Part shown: one piece after another, positions 10,180 through 19,200 of the stretch
Numbering within the stretch: position 1 is the stretch's first letter
Layout: each line of letters starts with the position of its first letter
Origin: a virus
IMG/VR virus record: IMGVR_UViG_3300022562_001757
Span: 18,654-82,653 of that record
Strand: one strand, 5' to 3'
DNA: 64,000 nt
Made by a program: the position numbers and the translations under genes
The notes under the pieces: generated by a model
Told to the model about the DNA's origin: nothing
The model's database searches: none
Seen by the model: the letters and a program-made list of their open reading frames with translations, nothing else

Positions 10180-11609
10180 TACCGAACTCCAAAGTCCGGG
10201 TGCAGAATCGGATATTCCGTCCTGCCGTCAAAGGAAATCACTTCCACATCCAGGAAGGCAAAGTCTAGACGAGCAAACCCAGTGAGCTGAAATTCTTGCA
10301 GCCCATCAATGGATTGCTCAGCCGCCTTCTGGTATGAATATGGGTCCAGCTCGCTGACGAACGTACGGAATCCGCTGCTCGGCGAGGTTGGATTTCGGAA
10401 ATAGCCTTCCGTGAAAATTTGCAGGGCGTTGACCACGTCTGCTCGGTCGGCTGTGGAGAACGCTTTGATGCGCCCCTCCACGCGCACACTAATGGGATCA
10501 GCTACGCGTACCAAGACGTCGCTGCCAAATGGGCGCGAACGGTCTTTTACCAAATTGTAGGATGTCCACACTTGGTCATAGTACATGTAGCGAATTTCCA
10601 CCGTCTGCGCCGGCAGTAGTGGATTCGACAGCGTGATGCGGTCGTTGGCCAACGGCGAACCGCGTGTATCGGCGCGCGTGTCTAGCTCCACATTGAACGA
10701 CACAGGTGTGCCATCTACTACCACAGATTGGACTGCCAGTATAGGTGTACGTTCGGGTTTGACGTACGTTTCCCCACCAGCCGAAACATAGGTTTGTAGG
10801 TATGGCGCTACTTTGTCCGTGATGAGATAAATGTCGTACCCCATCTTGGCGTTGATCGTCTTTAGGCGTTTGAAGATGTCGAACTCCGACGAGTTCGTGA
10901 TGCTCACCGCATCAAAGCCACCAGGATCGATGTCCTGGATGGTGCTGATAAGAAATCCGGTGACGTCGGAGCTAATGCCCTGAAGGCGGTCTTGCACAAT
11001 GCGGACGAACTGTGTTTTGTCGACCGTGTCGCCGCCACCGCGAGCGGCTGTCTTGTTGATTACGCCATCAAATCCTTCTACCGGTGTGATGATGGTATCG
11101 ATGGCGGTTGGCGGAAGATCGTAGTCAAGCCCCACCGCGATGGCTTCGGCATTCACCGCAATTTCGTACCGCTGCTCTTCCGCATTGTAGAAAACGTTGG
11201 CAATGTTGCCAGGCATTTCTGCGTCTTCGAGCGTGGTGTACACGAAACGCTGGTCTCGCGTGCCGATTTGTGTGCCTGCTTCAGCGATGATTGTTTCATC
11301 ATCGGCAGGCTTGGAATAGCGAAACAGGTGGACCACGACTTTGGAAAACGATCCAACATTGGCGTCGAGACCGTAATTCAGCCCCAGCTGGTAAATGTCT
11401 TCGTCTTCCAGGCTGTCAGCTTGCTCTAGCTGCCAAACCTGCTGAAGATATCCAGACAGTGATTCGGTCTTTGATAGCTCCACCGCGTGGGCGTAGTACA
11501 TGACCGACAGTGGGCCTTTACGCGTGTCGATACCGGGATCGACAAGCCGCGTCGTCGTATCCATCTCGTCAAGAATCGTATCTGTGTCTCTTGGATTGGA
11601 AGTAGGCAT
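10179..11609 (-). CDS. baseplate J-like wedge protein (476 aa)
   Basis: IAEAGTQIGT..FVYTT, AEAIAVGLDYDL, GVINKTAARGGGD motifs typical of baseplate J/gp47. Confidence 0.85.
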   Translation of the reverse strand: MPTSNPRDTDTILDEMDTTTRLVDPGIDTRKGPLSVMYYAHAVELSKTESLSGYLQQVWQLEQADSLEDEDIYQLGLNYGLDANVGSFSKVVVHLFRYSKPADDETIIAEAGTQIGTRDQRFVYTTLEDAEMPGNIANVFYNAEEQRYEIAVNAEAIAVGLDYDLPPTAIDTIITPVEGFDGVINKTAARGGGDTVDKTQFVRIVQDRLQGISSDVTGFLISTIQDIDPGGFDAVSITNSSEFDIFKRLKTINAKMGYDIYLITDKVAPYLQTYVSAGGETYVKPERTPILAVQSVVVDGTPVSFNVELDTRADTRGSPLANDRITLSNPLLPAQTVEIRYMYYDQVWTSYNLVKDRSRPFGSDVLVRVADPISVRVEGRIKAFSTADRADVVNALQIFTEGYFRNPTSPSSGFRTFVSELDPYSYQKAAEQSIDGLQEFQLTGFARLDFAFLDVEVISFDGRTEYPILHPDFGVR

Positions 11610-11615
11610 GGCGGC

Positions 11616-12104
11616 TCACAGGAAAGAGGTGCTAGATCCAGTTAGGCCGAACAAAGCATCGACTCCGACACCCGCGGGCAAATCAGATAGCAAGCTGACT
11701 TCAAAAGCCGTCGGTACCGGCTCGTCCGATTGATTGATGAGCAGCAAGAAAAATGAGTAGCTCAGCTGGCCAACTTGCTGCACGTCAATGCGATCAATGG
11801 TGTCGATGCGCTCCTCATCGGTGGCATAGGGATCGAGGTCCTGCATGTCGATGAGACGCTCAACGGCTTCTTGCACGTAGGTGCGGATGCGCTCCTGCAC
11901 CAGTACAATGTTGTTCGGGATGGGGTCTTGCTGGATACGGTAGAGCTGGCTACCGTTGAAGTAGGTTGGAAAATCCGGGTCGAAATTGTTGAGCAAGGAC
12001 TCCGCAGTGTCCTGCGCCAGCTTTTCTTCGTCCTGGATGTTGATGTGTCGGCCGGCGATGTCCGTCGCGAGGTCACCGTCGACCATCTTCAGCGTGATGC
12101 TCAT
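11616..12104 (-). CDS. baseplate wedge / sheath-initiator (gp25-like) protein
   Basis: Size, MSITLKMVDGDL..G start, position upstream of baseplate J. Confidence 0.65.
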   Translation of the reverse strand: MSITLKMVDGDLATDIAGRHINIQDEEKLAQDTAESLLNNFDPDFPTYFNGSQLYRIQQDPIPNNIVLVQERIRTYVQEAVERLIDMQDLDPYATDEERIDTIDRIDVQQVGQLSYSFFLLLINQSDEPVPTAFEVSLLSDLPAGVGVDALFGLTGSSTSFL

Positions 12105-12119
12105 GATGTTGCTCGAACC

Positions 12120-12647
12120 TTATGGATAGCTGAGGATTGCGCGAACCCAGCTCCGCATTTCGCGTTGTTCGTCGGACGTTAACCGGCCTCCATGAAATGC
12201 CTTGGAAACTTGCGCCAGTCGGTTGTAGTATTCTGACGCATCGGCTTCTTGCTTTACTTGACCCAGACCTCTGACCAAAATGGACATCAACGGAGCGAAC
12301 CCTACTGCGAAAAATGTCTCGCCGTTGTTGATCAGACCGTCTTTGAATCCATCGAACGACGAAACAATTTGCGTCAGCGCGTCGCTCAACGTCTTGCGCA
12401 CCGTGGCTTGCTGGTCCGCAAACAGCTTCAGGACCTCGTCATGGTCATCGGAGCCACCATCAGAATCCAAAGCCAATCGCAGATAGGCGACGGCTTTTCG
12501 TTTGGACTCCGGCGTTGCAAGGATGAGTGCATCCTCAGTGTCGCCACCAATGACAGTTTCTGTTTTGCGGTCAGAACTGTAGACGGTTGGCGGAGAAAGC
12601 TTCCTCCGCGTCTCCAGATAGACACGCTGTTGGTCAGTAATGGTCAT
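12120..12647 (-). CDS. hypothetical structural protein (175 aa)
   Basis: ORF tiling within the baseplate operon. Confidence 0.6.
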   Translation of the reverse strand: MTITDQQRVYLETRRKLSPPTVYSSDRKTETVIGGDTEDALILATPESKRKAVAYLRLALDSDGGSDDHDEVLKLFADQQATVRKTLSDALTQIVSSFDGFKDGLINNGETFFAVGFAPLMSILVRGLGQVKQEADASEYYNRLAQVSKAFHGGRLTSDEQREMRSWVRAILSYP

Positions 12648-12666
12648 CTAAGCCCTAGACAGTAAC

Positions 12667-15042
12667 CTACAGAAACTCGGAAATAGCGTCCGTGAACAGT
12701 CCTAGGCTGGGCGGGCTGCAACCGGTGGTGGCGGTTTTTTGCTCATCCGCAGCTACTTTGGTTTCCCGCACTTCGCCAGTCAGCTCGCGCACCGCTTTGT
12801 CAATGCGGTCGAGGAATTTGAGCTTGGAATCGAGCGACTTTTGAATGTCCTCCATGACCTTTTTCACCCCGCGGTCGATGGTGTTGGTCACGGTGGTCAC
12901 AGTTTTTTGCACCTCGCCAGAAAATTCCTGCACGCTCTGTTCGACTTGCTGCGTCGTCTTCTGCGTAGGCACGTCTGCCAAATGATTCATGCCACTGAGC
13001 GATGATGACATCTCCGTCGATGCGTTAATGATGTCCTGCGTATCGCCAGCCGGACAGGACGTGTCGAGATCCTTTCCAGATTTGCAGGGATTCTCCACGC
13101 CGCCCAAGTCAAACCCAACAATGCTGGAGATGAGATTCTGCATCTGGCACAGCGGCGTGCGGATAAGATCCATCAGGCTTTCAAACGCGCTAGTGATGGT
13201 CTCATCAAGCGATGTCGATAGCTCTTTCAGCGCATCAACGAGTAGCGACGTGGGTAGAGGAATGCCACCCAATGTTGGCGCTCCGACACCGCCAGAGCCT
13301 CCAAGCGCAATGCCTCCCGGTGCACCGCTGCCTACTCCAGGAATATCCGGTAGTCCGGTACCTTGGCCATCCGTTCCTAGCAGACATTGCAGCAGGTCAT
13401 TTTTCAGCAAATTTTCTGCTAGCGAGGAGAGGTTCGACAGCTTGTTGAGTAGCCCTTCTACGGCACCCATTACAGCCTTGATTTGCGCGTCGAAAATTCC
13501 GCTAGCTGTGTTGATGATGTTGCTGAGCGCGCCAAACGCAGACTCGATTTGCTCAGCCGACACCGGCAAATCTGCGGTGGGCATGTTCGGCAAGTCAAGG
13601 TTCGGAAATGCTGGTGTGGATGTGTTGAAATTCTTGGACTGTCGAGCACACGCTTTACCGCGTGTGGCTAGCTCCTTTGCCAAGTCATCTTCTGCCAATG
13701 AGTCTTTGGCATTGATGGCTTGAGCCGCAGCAATCGGCTTCTTGAGGGCAGAGCGCAAGCCATTTGCGAGAATGAAGCGGTCGTTGTTAGTTACGTCATC
13801 CAACGCTTTTTCTCGGTCGGAAAACGACACCGATCCGGGAATGCGCACTCCAGAGACTTTTTCGGCTAGCAGGAGCTTTATTTCCGCATCCGACAACCCT
13901 AGCCGATTAAACAATGTAGGTTCCTCAACGAGGTAGACCGTCGGCGCCAGCACCTGCGACGACACATCTTGCTCGGGGCTTACGCCGGTTAGAATGTCGG
14001 AAACATACGGCTCCGGCATTCCATAGTTGATGACCCGATACCGCGTGGCCTGTGTTGCTGTGACCTCGGTGCCCCAAAACCAGTAGTTGTTGATGACCGA
14101 CGCATTGCCAGAAGCCCATTGACTGGCCACCAAGGGCAACGGTGTATCCGCGCTACGGTAATTCTCCGCCACGGTCACGAACGTTTGCAGCTCGCCACAA
14201 ACCAGCTCTTGCGTCGTGGTCTCCACATTCTGTGTGGTAATGTAGGTAGGTAGCTTACCATTGGCGCTGATATGCGCTAAAGCGCTCTTGAGCTTGTCGA
14301 GGTCTTGGCTCAGCAAGTCGTATAAGGCATTGATACCATTAAGATTTGTTCCTTCTACGATGAGCAGCTTGCCGTTGATGATGACAAAGTTCTCGTTCTG
14401 GCTACGAAGGTACTTGGCGGCATCGTCCGCAGACTCCACCACAGGCACGTCAGCGGCTTTAAGCAGGTCTTGATAGGTGGAGTACCCGAAGGCTTTTGAA
14501 ATGTCGTGAGCGGCCGTCTCTGCGTCGCTGAGAGGGGACCCCTTGCCATCGCTTAGGAAGGTCTGCGGCTGGATGGTCGGAGCATCGAGTCCTGTGCCGA
14601 TCGGGATGCCCGTCACCAGGGCAGCGACTTCAGGCGTGAGGAGCCAAGCATTCAAGGCATCGATGGTGGTACCCGAGATGGCGCCTGTGATGTCCACTGG
14701 TAGCACGCAGTAGATCGTTGTATCGCCGATGACGTAACTGCTTGCTGGACGTGCTGCCAGCACGCCGCCCGTCGAGTCGGGTCCCAAGTAGATGTACGTG
14801 ATACTGATTTGATTGCCTGCCGAGCCAGAGTCTACCGCTTGCCACAGTACTTGGTCATTGGCCGCCGCACCGATGGTCGCGCTGGCTTTGGTTTTGTTGG
14901 AAGACAAGCGCTGTACAGCAACTGCTAGTGCAGTGGCTTCGTCGTTCGTTTGTTTCTTGATGCGCTCCAGCTCACCACGATACACCCGAAGCGCGTCCGA
15001 AATTTCATCCTGGATTTGGCATCCGTAGTAGATGGAAGGCAT
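12667..15042 (-). CDS. hypothetical baseplate-region protein (791 aa)
   Basis: Long ORF in baseplate operon; helical C-terminal half with spaced cysteines. Confidence 0.65.
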   Translation of the reverse strand: MPSIYYGCQIQDEISDALRVYRGELERIKKQTNDEATALAVAVQRLSSNKTKASATIGAAANDQVLWQAVDSGSAGNQISITYIYLGPDSTGGVLAARPASSYVIGDTTIYCVLPVDITGAISGTTIDALNAWLLTPEVAALVTGIPIGTGLDAPTIQPQTFLSDGKGSPLSDAETAAHDISKAFGYSTYQDLLKAADVPVVESADDAAKYLRSQNENFVIINGKLLIVEGTNLNGINALYDLLSQDLDKLKSALAHISANGKLPTYITTQNVETTTQELVCGELQTFVTVAENYRSADTPLPLVASQWASGNASVINNYWFWGTEVTATQATRYRVINYGMPEPYVSDILTGVSPEQDVSSQVLAPTVYLVEEPTLFNRLGLSDAEIKLLLAEKVSGVRIPGSVSFSDREKALDDVTNNDRFILANGLRSALKKPIAAAQAINAKDSLAEDDLAKELATRGKACARQSKNFNTSTPAFPNLDLPNMPTADLPVSAEQIESAFGALSNIINTASGIFDAQIKAVMGAVEGLLNKLSNLSSLAENLLKNDLLQCLLGTDGQGTGLPDIPGVGSGAPGGIALGGSGGVGAPTLGGIPLPTSLLVDALKELSTSLDETITSAFESLMDLIRTPLCQMQNLISSIVGFDLGGVENPCKSGKDLDTSCPAGDTQDIINASTEMSSSLSGMNHLADVPTQKTTQQVEQSVQEFSGEVQKTVTTVTNTIDRGVKKVMEDIQKSLDSKLKFLDRIDKAVRELTGEVRETKVAADEQKTATTGCSPPSLGLFTDAISEFL

Positions 15043-15045
15043 ACG

Positions 15046-16266
15046 TTACCCGGACAGCTTTACCTGCTGGCTCAATACGCTGCTCAGGTTGCCGCTCAGC
15101 GTCGACAGCATGGTAGAAAGTGAAGTCATCGTAGCAGCGGTAGCGGGTGTCAACGCCGGTTCAGCTGCCAGCACAGACAAGGCTGACGCAAGTGCGGTGA
15201 ATATTGGATTCAAAATGCCGTTCACCAGCGTCGTTCCCAGTACGGCCTGAAACGCACCGGTATTTCCGAACGTCACGTTAGAGCTGGCCACACTGACTTG
15301 ATTTGACCGGATGGTGAGGCCCGTGTTGAACGTGAACTGCCCTGTGTCGGTGGCGGTGATTTTCAGTGTCTTGGTATTCAACTTGAGTGTGTTGTTGGCA
15401 CCAAATTGCAGATTTCCTTCGGTGCTGGTAGCCGCGGAATTGTTCAACAGGAAGTTCAGCCCTTCATCAATGCTCAGCGTCAACAGGTTGCTGCCCGAGA
15501 CATCAACGAACGTGCGCTTGAACCGCAGGCGTTTGTTAGTGGCTGCTAGCGTCTCGAAAGTTCCATCCGGTCCTACCACATCGCCATCCTGCACCACGGA
15601 AAGCTGTTTTCCGTCTTGTCGGTTGATGCTACGGAAATATTCTTGGGCAAACTCACCGGCTGTTTGGATACGAATGAAATCTTGTACAGCGGGTGCCAAC
15701 TGCGGATTTTTCTGGCTGGGCCGCCGCACGATGCCAAAGCGTTCTTCATGCGCAAGTATGGTTGGATCGTGCAACATGAGCCGGCGTTTGTGCGTAGGCG
15801 CGATGGAAGTGATTTCCAAACGCCCCGGGCTCATGTCCATTTCTAGCGGGCCACCACGTAGTTCCAAATCTCCGCGCCGGCCAAAGAAAGCATACGCGCG
15901 TCCCTTGGATCGTATTTCAATTTCACCGGCTTCAAGCCGTCGAATCAATGACTGCTGCGATTTGGAATCCTTTACCTGGCGTGGCAGGGTATTGGAAATA
16001 TACCCCCAGATTTCTTCACGATGCAGGTCGCCTCGTCGCTGTGTTAGCACCGCCGTACCAGGTTCTGGCATCGTGCGGATCCAGGAGTTGACGCCGAAGT
16101 ATGGATGACGCACCACCAAGCGCGGTGTGCCAGGCGTTTGTGCCATGTCGACGTTGACGGATTCGATATCCGGTGCCACGGAAGAAATGACACCGCGAAT
16201 CGGCAACTCGACGGATCGCGCATTCTTCGCAATCTGTCGTTGTACAAAGGCGTCGTGCTGTGACAT
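15046..16266 (-). CDS. baseplate central spike (gpV/gp5-like OB-fold) protein
   Basis: N-terminal RGVISSV...SWIRTMPEPGTAVL OB-fold signature; beta-rich C-terminus; follows hub gene. Confidence 0.7.
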   Translation of the reverse strand: MSQHDAFVQRQIAKNARSVELPIRGVISSVAPDIESVNVDMAQTPGTPRLVVRHPYFGVNSWIRTMPEPGTAVLTQRRGDLHREEIWGYISNTLPRQVKDSKSQQSLIRRLEAGEIEIRSKGRAYAFFGRRGDLELRGGPLEMDMSPGRLEITSIAPTHKRRLMLHDPTILAHEERFGIVRRPSQKNPQLAPAVQDFIRIQTAGEFAQEYFRSINRQDGKQLSVVQDGDVVGPDGTFETLAATNKRLRFKRTFVDVSGSNLLTLSIDEGLNFLLNNSAATSTEGNLQFGANNTLKLNTKTLKITATDTGQFTFNTGLTIRSNQVSVASSNVTFGNTGAFQAVLGTTLVNGILNPIFTALASALSVLAAEPALTPATAATMTSLSTMLSTLSGNLSSVLSQQVKLSG

Positions 16267-19200
16267 CAGAGGTACGCGGAGTCGATTTGGCCAAATCGAC
16301 TCAATCCAGTCTTCCAGGCATTTTCCTGGTTGGTGTTCTTTTGATCGAAGTCAAGATATTGGCGTACCGATGCGTGAAGTGCCCCTTCAAGGCGTTCGGA
16401 CTGTACCAAAGCAAGCTGTCTCGTGATGTCCCTTTCTTCCATGCGCTCTTCCAGTCGGCGTTGTTTCTGGAAAATTTGCCGCTTTCGCGCGCCGCTGGTG
16501 AAGCTGTTGCGGGCCGACCGGGACTTGCGGTCAACGTCGGTGCGCTTGATGACGCTCTTCTTTCGCGTTTTTTCTAGCCCACTGCTTCCCAATCGTTTGC
16601 AGAGGTGCTGCTTGTTGTCCTTCACGATGGCGCGGCGTTGACGAGACGATTTTATGTACTTTGAACCATAGATTCTTCCACCAGGTGTGGCGGAGCGCTG
16701 AACCGCATTGTCAATGATTTGCTCCGGCGTAAAGAACCATAGAGGATTGACATCAATCCACTCACGCAGGTTCTTTTTACCGAACACATTGGCTTGATTG
16801 GGATTGGTAAACCAGGAAAACGAGCTGTTGACGTTCTGCCACTTTACCAACGCATCAATCACGTCTACAGCTTTGGCGGTGTTTACATCGATGGTCTTCG
16901 TTACCGTCTGGCCATTCTCTTGCACCTTGATGGTTAGCTTACCCCGCAGTCTTTTTTTCCAAGCTTCTGAGAGCGTGGAGTTCAGTGGATCTTCTTTGAG
17001 ATTCCCACGCACGGTGGTGAGTTTGTAGGCCAAGATTCGCGTCAGAAACTCGTTGCGCGCTTTCAGCACCTCACGAAGCGTATTGCTGTAGGTGGTGTCG
17101 GAAATTCTACCTGCTGATCTGACTTTCATCGTCAAGTGCAAGTGCGCGAGTGCTGTGCCCGCGTTTCCAGTAGATCCTATCTGACCCAGTGGATGCACTT
17201 TTTCCGGATCTGCTGGAGCTTCATTAGTGCCAGCACCATACACACCACGAGGTCCCTCATAAATGTCTCCTAGATGCAGGTAGAGCAATTGACAATGCAG
17301 TTTCCGATACACGGTACCGTCAGGACCTTTGGTCAGCTGGTCACGTTGCTTTATATTCGATGCGCTGATCAACTTGGTACCTGGCAACGACACGTAGCCT
17401 TCGCATTGCAAATACAATCCACGGTCGTGTATACTTGTAGACTGCACTGGTTTGATGCGTTTGGTCTTTTTCCTGATCTTCAACCACGTCTCGTACTCAT
17501 TGACCAGTAAAAACTTGTACGTGGTCTCGATGAACCGTGTGGGTGCGTTGGGGTCGTCTGGCTTGATTTTGATTTTAACCACTTCACCAGGAAGAATGCC
17601 GCGCGCTTTGCGTACTCCCTCTGATATTTTGTGTGGCTTTTTAACAAAAAATGGTTGCATGTCTGCTGGCACATTGAAGACGCGCGTTTTGCCTTCTTGC
17701 ACCCACTGCCCTTGCGCATTCTTTATAACGTAGCGCTCAGACACTGGCACAGCTCTGGCTTTATCAGCAGTGAGGTACGAGCCAAATTGATAGGCGGCTT
17801 CGATGGAAAAAAATGGAATTGGTGCATAGACGTTGCTGTTCTTTGGATTCGCAAACAGGTCTACGCCAGAGTGATACGGATACTTTTTCCCGCCAAGAAT
17901 ATGGTACGCAGGAGCATCACCTGGGGTACGCACAAATCCCCACTGATTGAATTGATATTCATTAGGGGGTTTGTGAGTAAAGAAAGGTATGGCGTCGTAA
18001 AACAACTTCGTGCTGTCGTAGCGCTGCTTGATACCGATGGTGCCATCACCACGCAGGCCAGCCTTGGCGTCATTTGACCCCTTTGAACCGGTCTTTTTGT
18101 CCAAGCTAGACTGGATGCCCGTACTAGGTTTGACAGATGCTTCTGGACCGCCTGCGCTGCCAGGACGTCGATGTGCACGTCGTCCCACCCCTGTGTTGGG
18201 CTTTGTTGGCACCGTCTTGGACGTACCTTTCGCTCCAGCCGTACTGCCGCTGAGGGTCTTTCCTTTGGCAAATGCAGCTCGTAGCGCGCTGGCTTGTGGT
18301 TCACCTACGGCGGTTTGATTCCAAGCCGCAGATCCGGTTCTGCCTGGACCTTGACGGCTTCCATTGTCAGCACGCACTGTGTCATTACTGCGCAATGCTG
18401 CCAAATTTACATCGGGCTGACGATTGGAGAAATTCCCAGCGCTACGCCGCGTATCGAGCGACACGCTACCGGGCTGAAATTGCGTGTAGTCCAACGGCAT
18501 GCGTGTGCCGCCGCCAGCGTGCCTGAAGGTGCCATCTCGGTTGAGCCACCGTACATAGCCAATGTCCGTTTCTGTGGTGCATTCACCCCCAGGTGGCGAC
18601 ATGGCGTAGTTGACCGTTTTTACCAACCCAATGCGCTGCCGAGGAATGAGATGGATCGGTCGATTTGGCAGGATGTACGGACGAAATGGCGTCGACACTT
18701 GGAGCTTGTGCATACGACCAAATTGACGATTAATGTGAAAAAGACCGTAAATGATTAAGCTGGCCAGCGCACCTGCAACACCACCCGGACCGTGCGTGCC
18801 GTTGGGTCCAAAGTTCGCGCCGACACCTGGAAGGGCGATGTTTACGTCCTCCACTTTGATACCCAAGCGACGAGCTAGAATGGGCGCCATGATGGTAATG
18901 GTGGCAAAGCGGTTCTTGATCTGAAAATCTCTTTCTATAACTCCTTGCAGCTCTTTATCCAGCTCGCTACCAGTCAACACCCACGCAGTGGGCAGGTCGC
19001 CGGATTCCTCGGAAATGCTGGAGCTGATGAGCTGCTTGTCGACTTCGTACGCGCCGCGGAATGTCGGACCAAAGTCACTTGGCAGAATGTTGTAGTTCGG
19101 GAACTCAAAGCACCAATCACCCATCGGACTGATGTAGCACTGATAATCGAGAAGCGTGCACACTTGGTCAATCATCGACTTACGCGTCTCATACTGATGA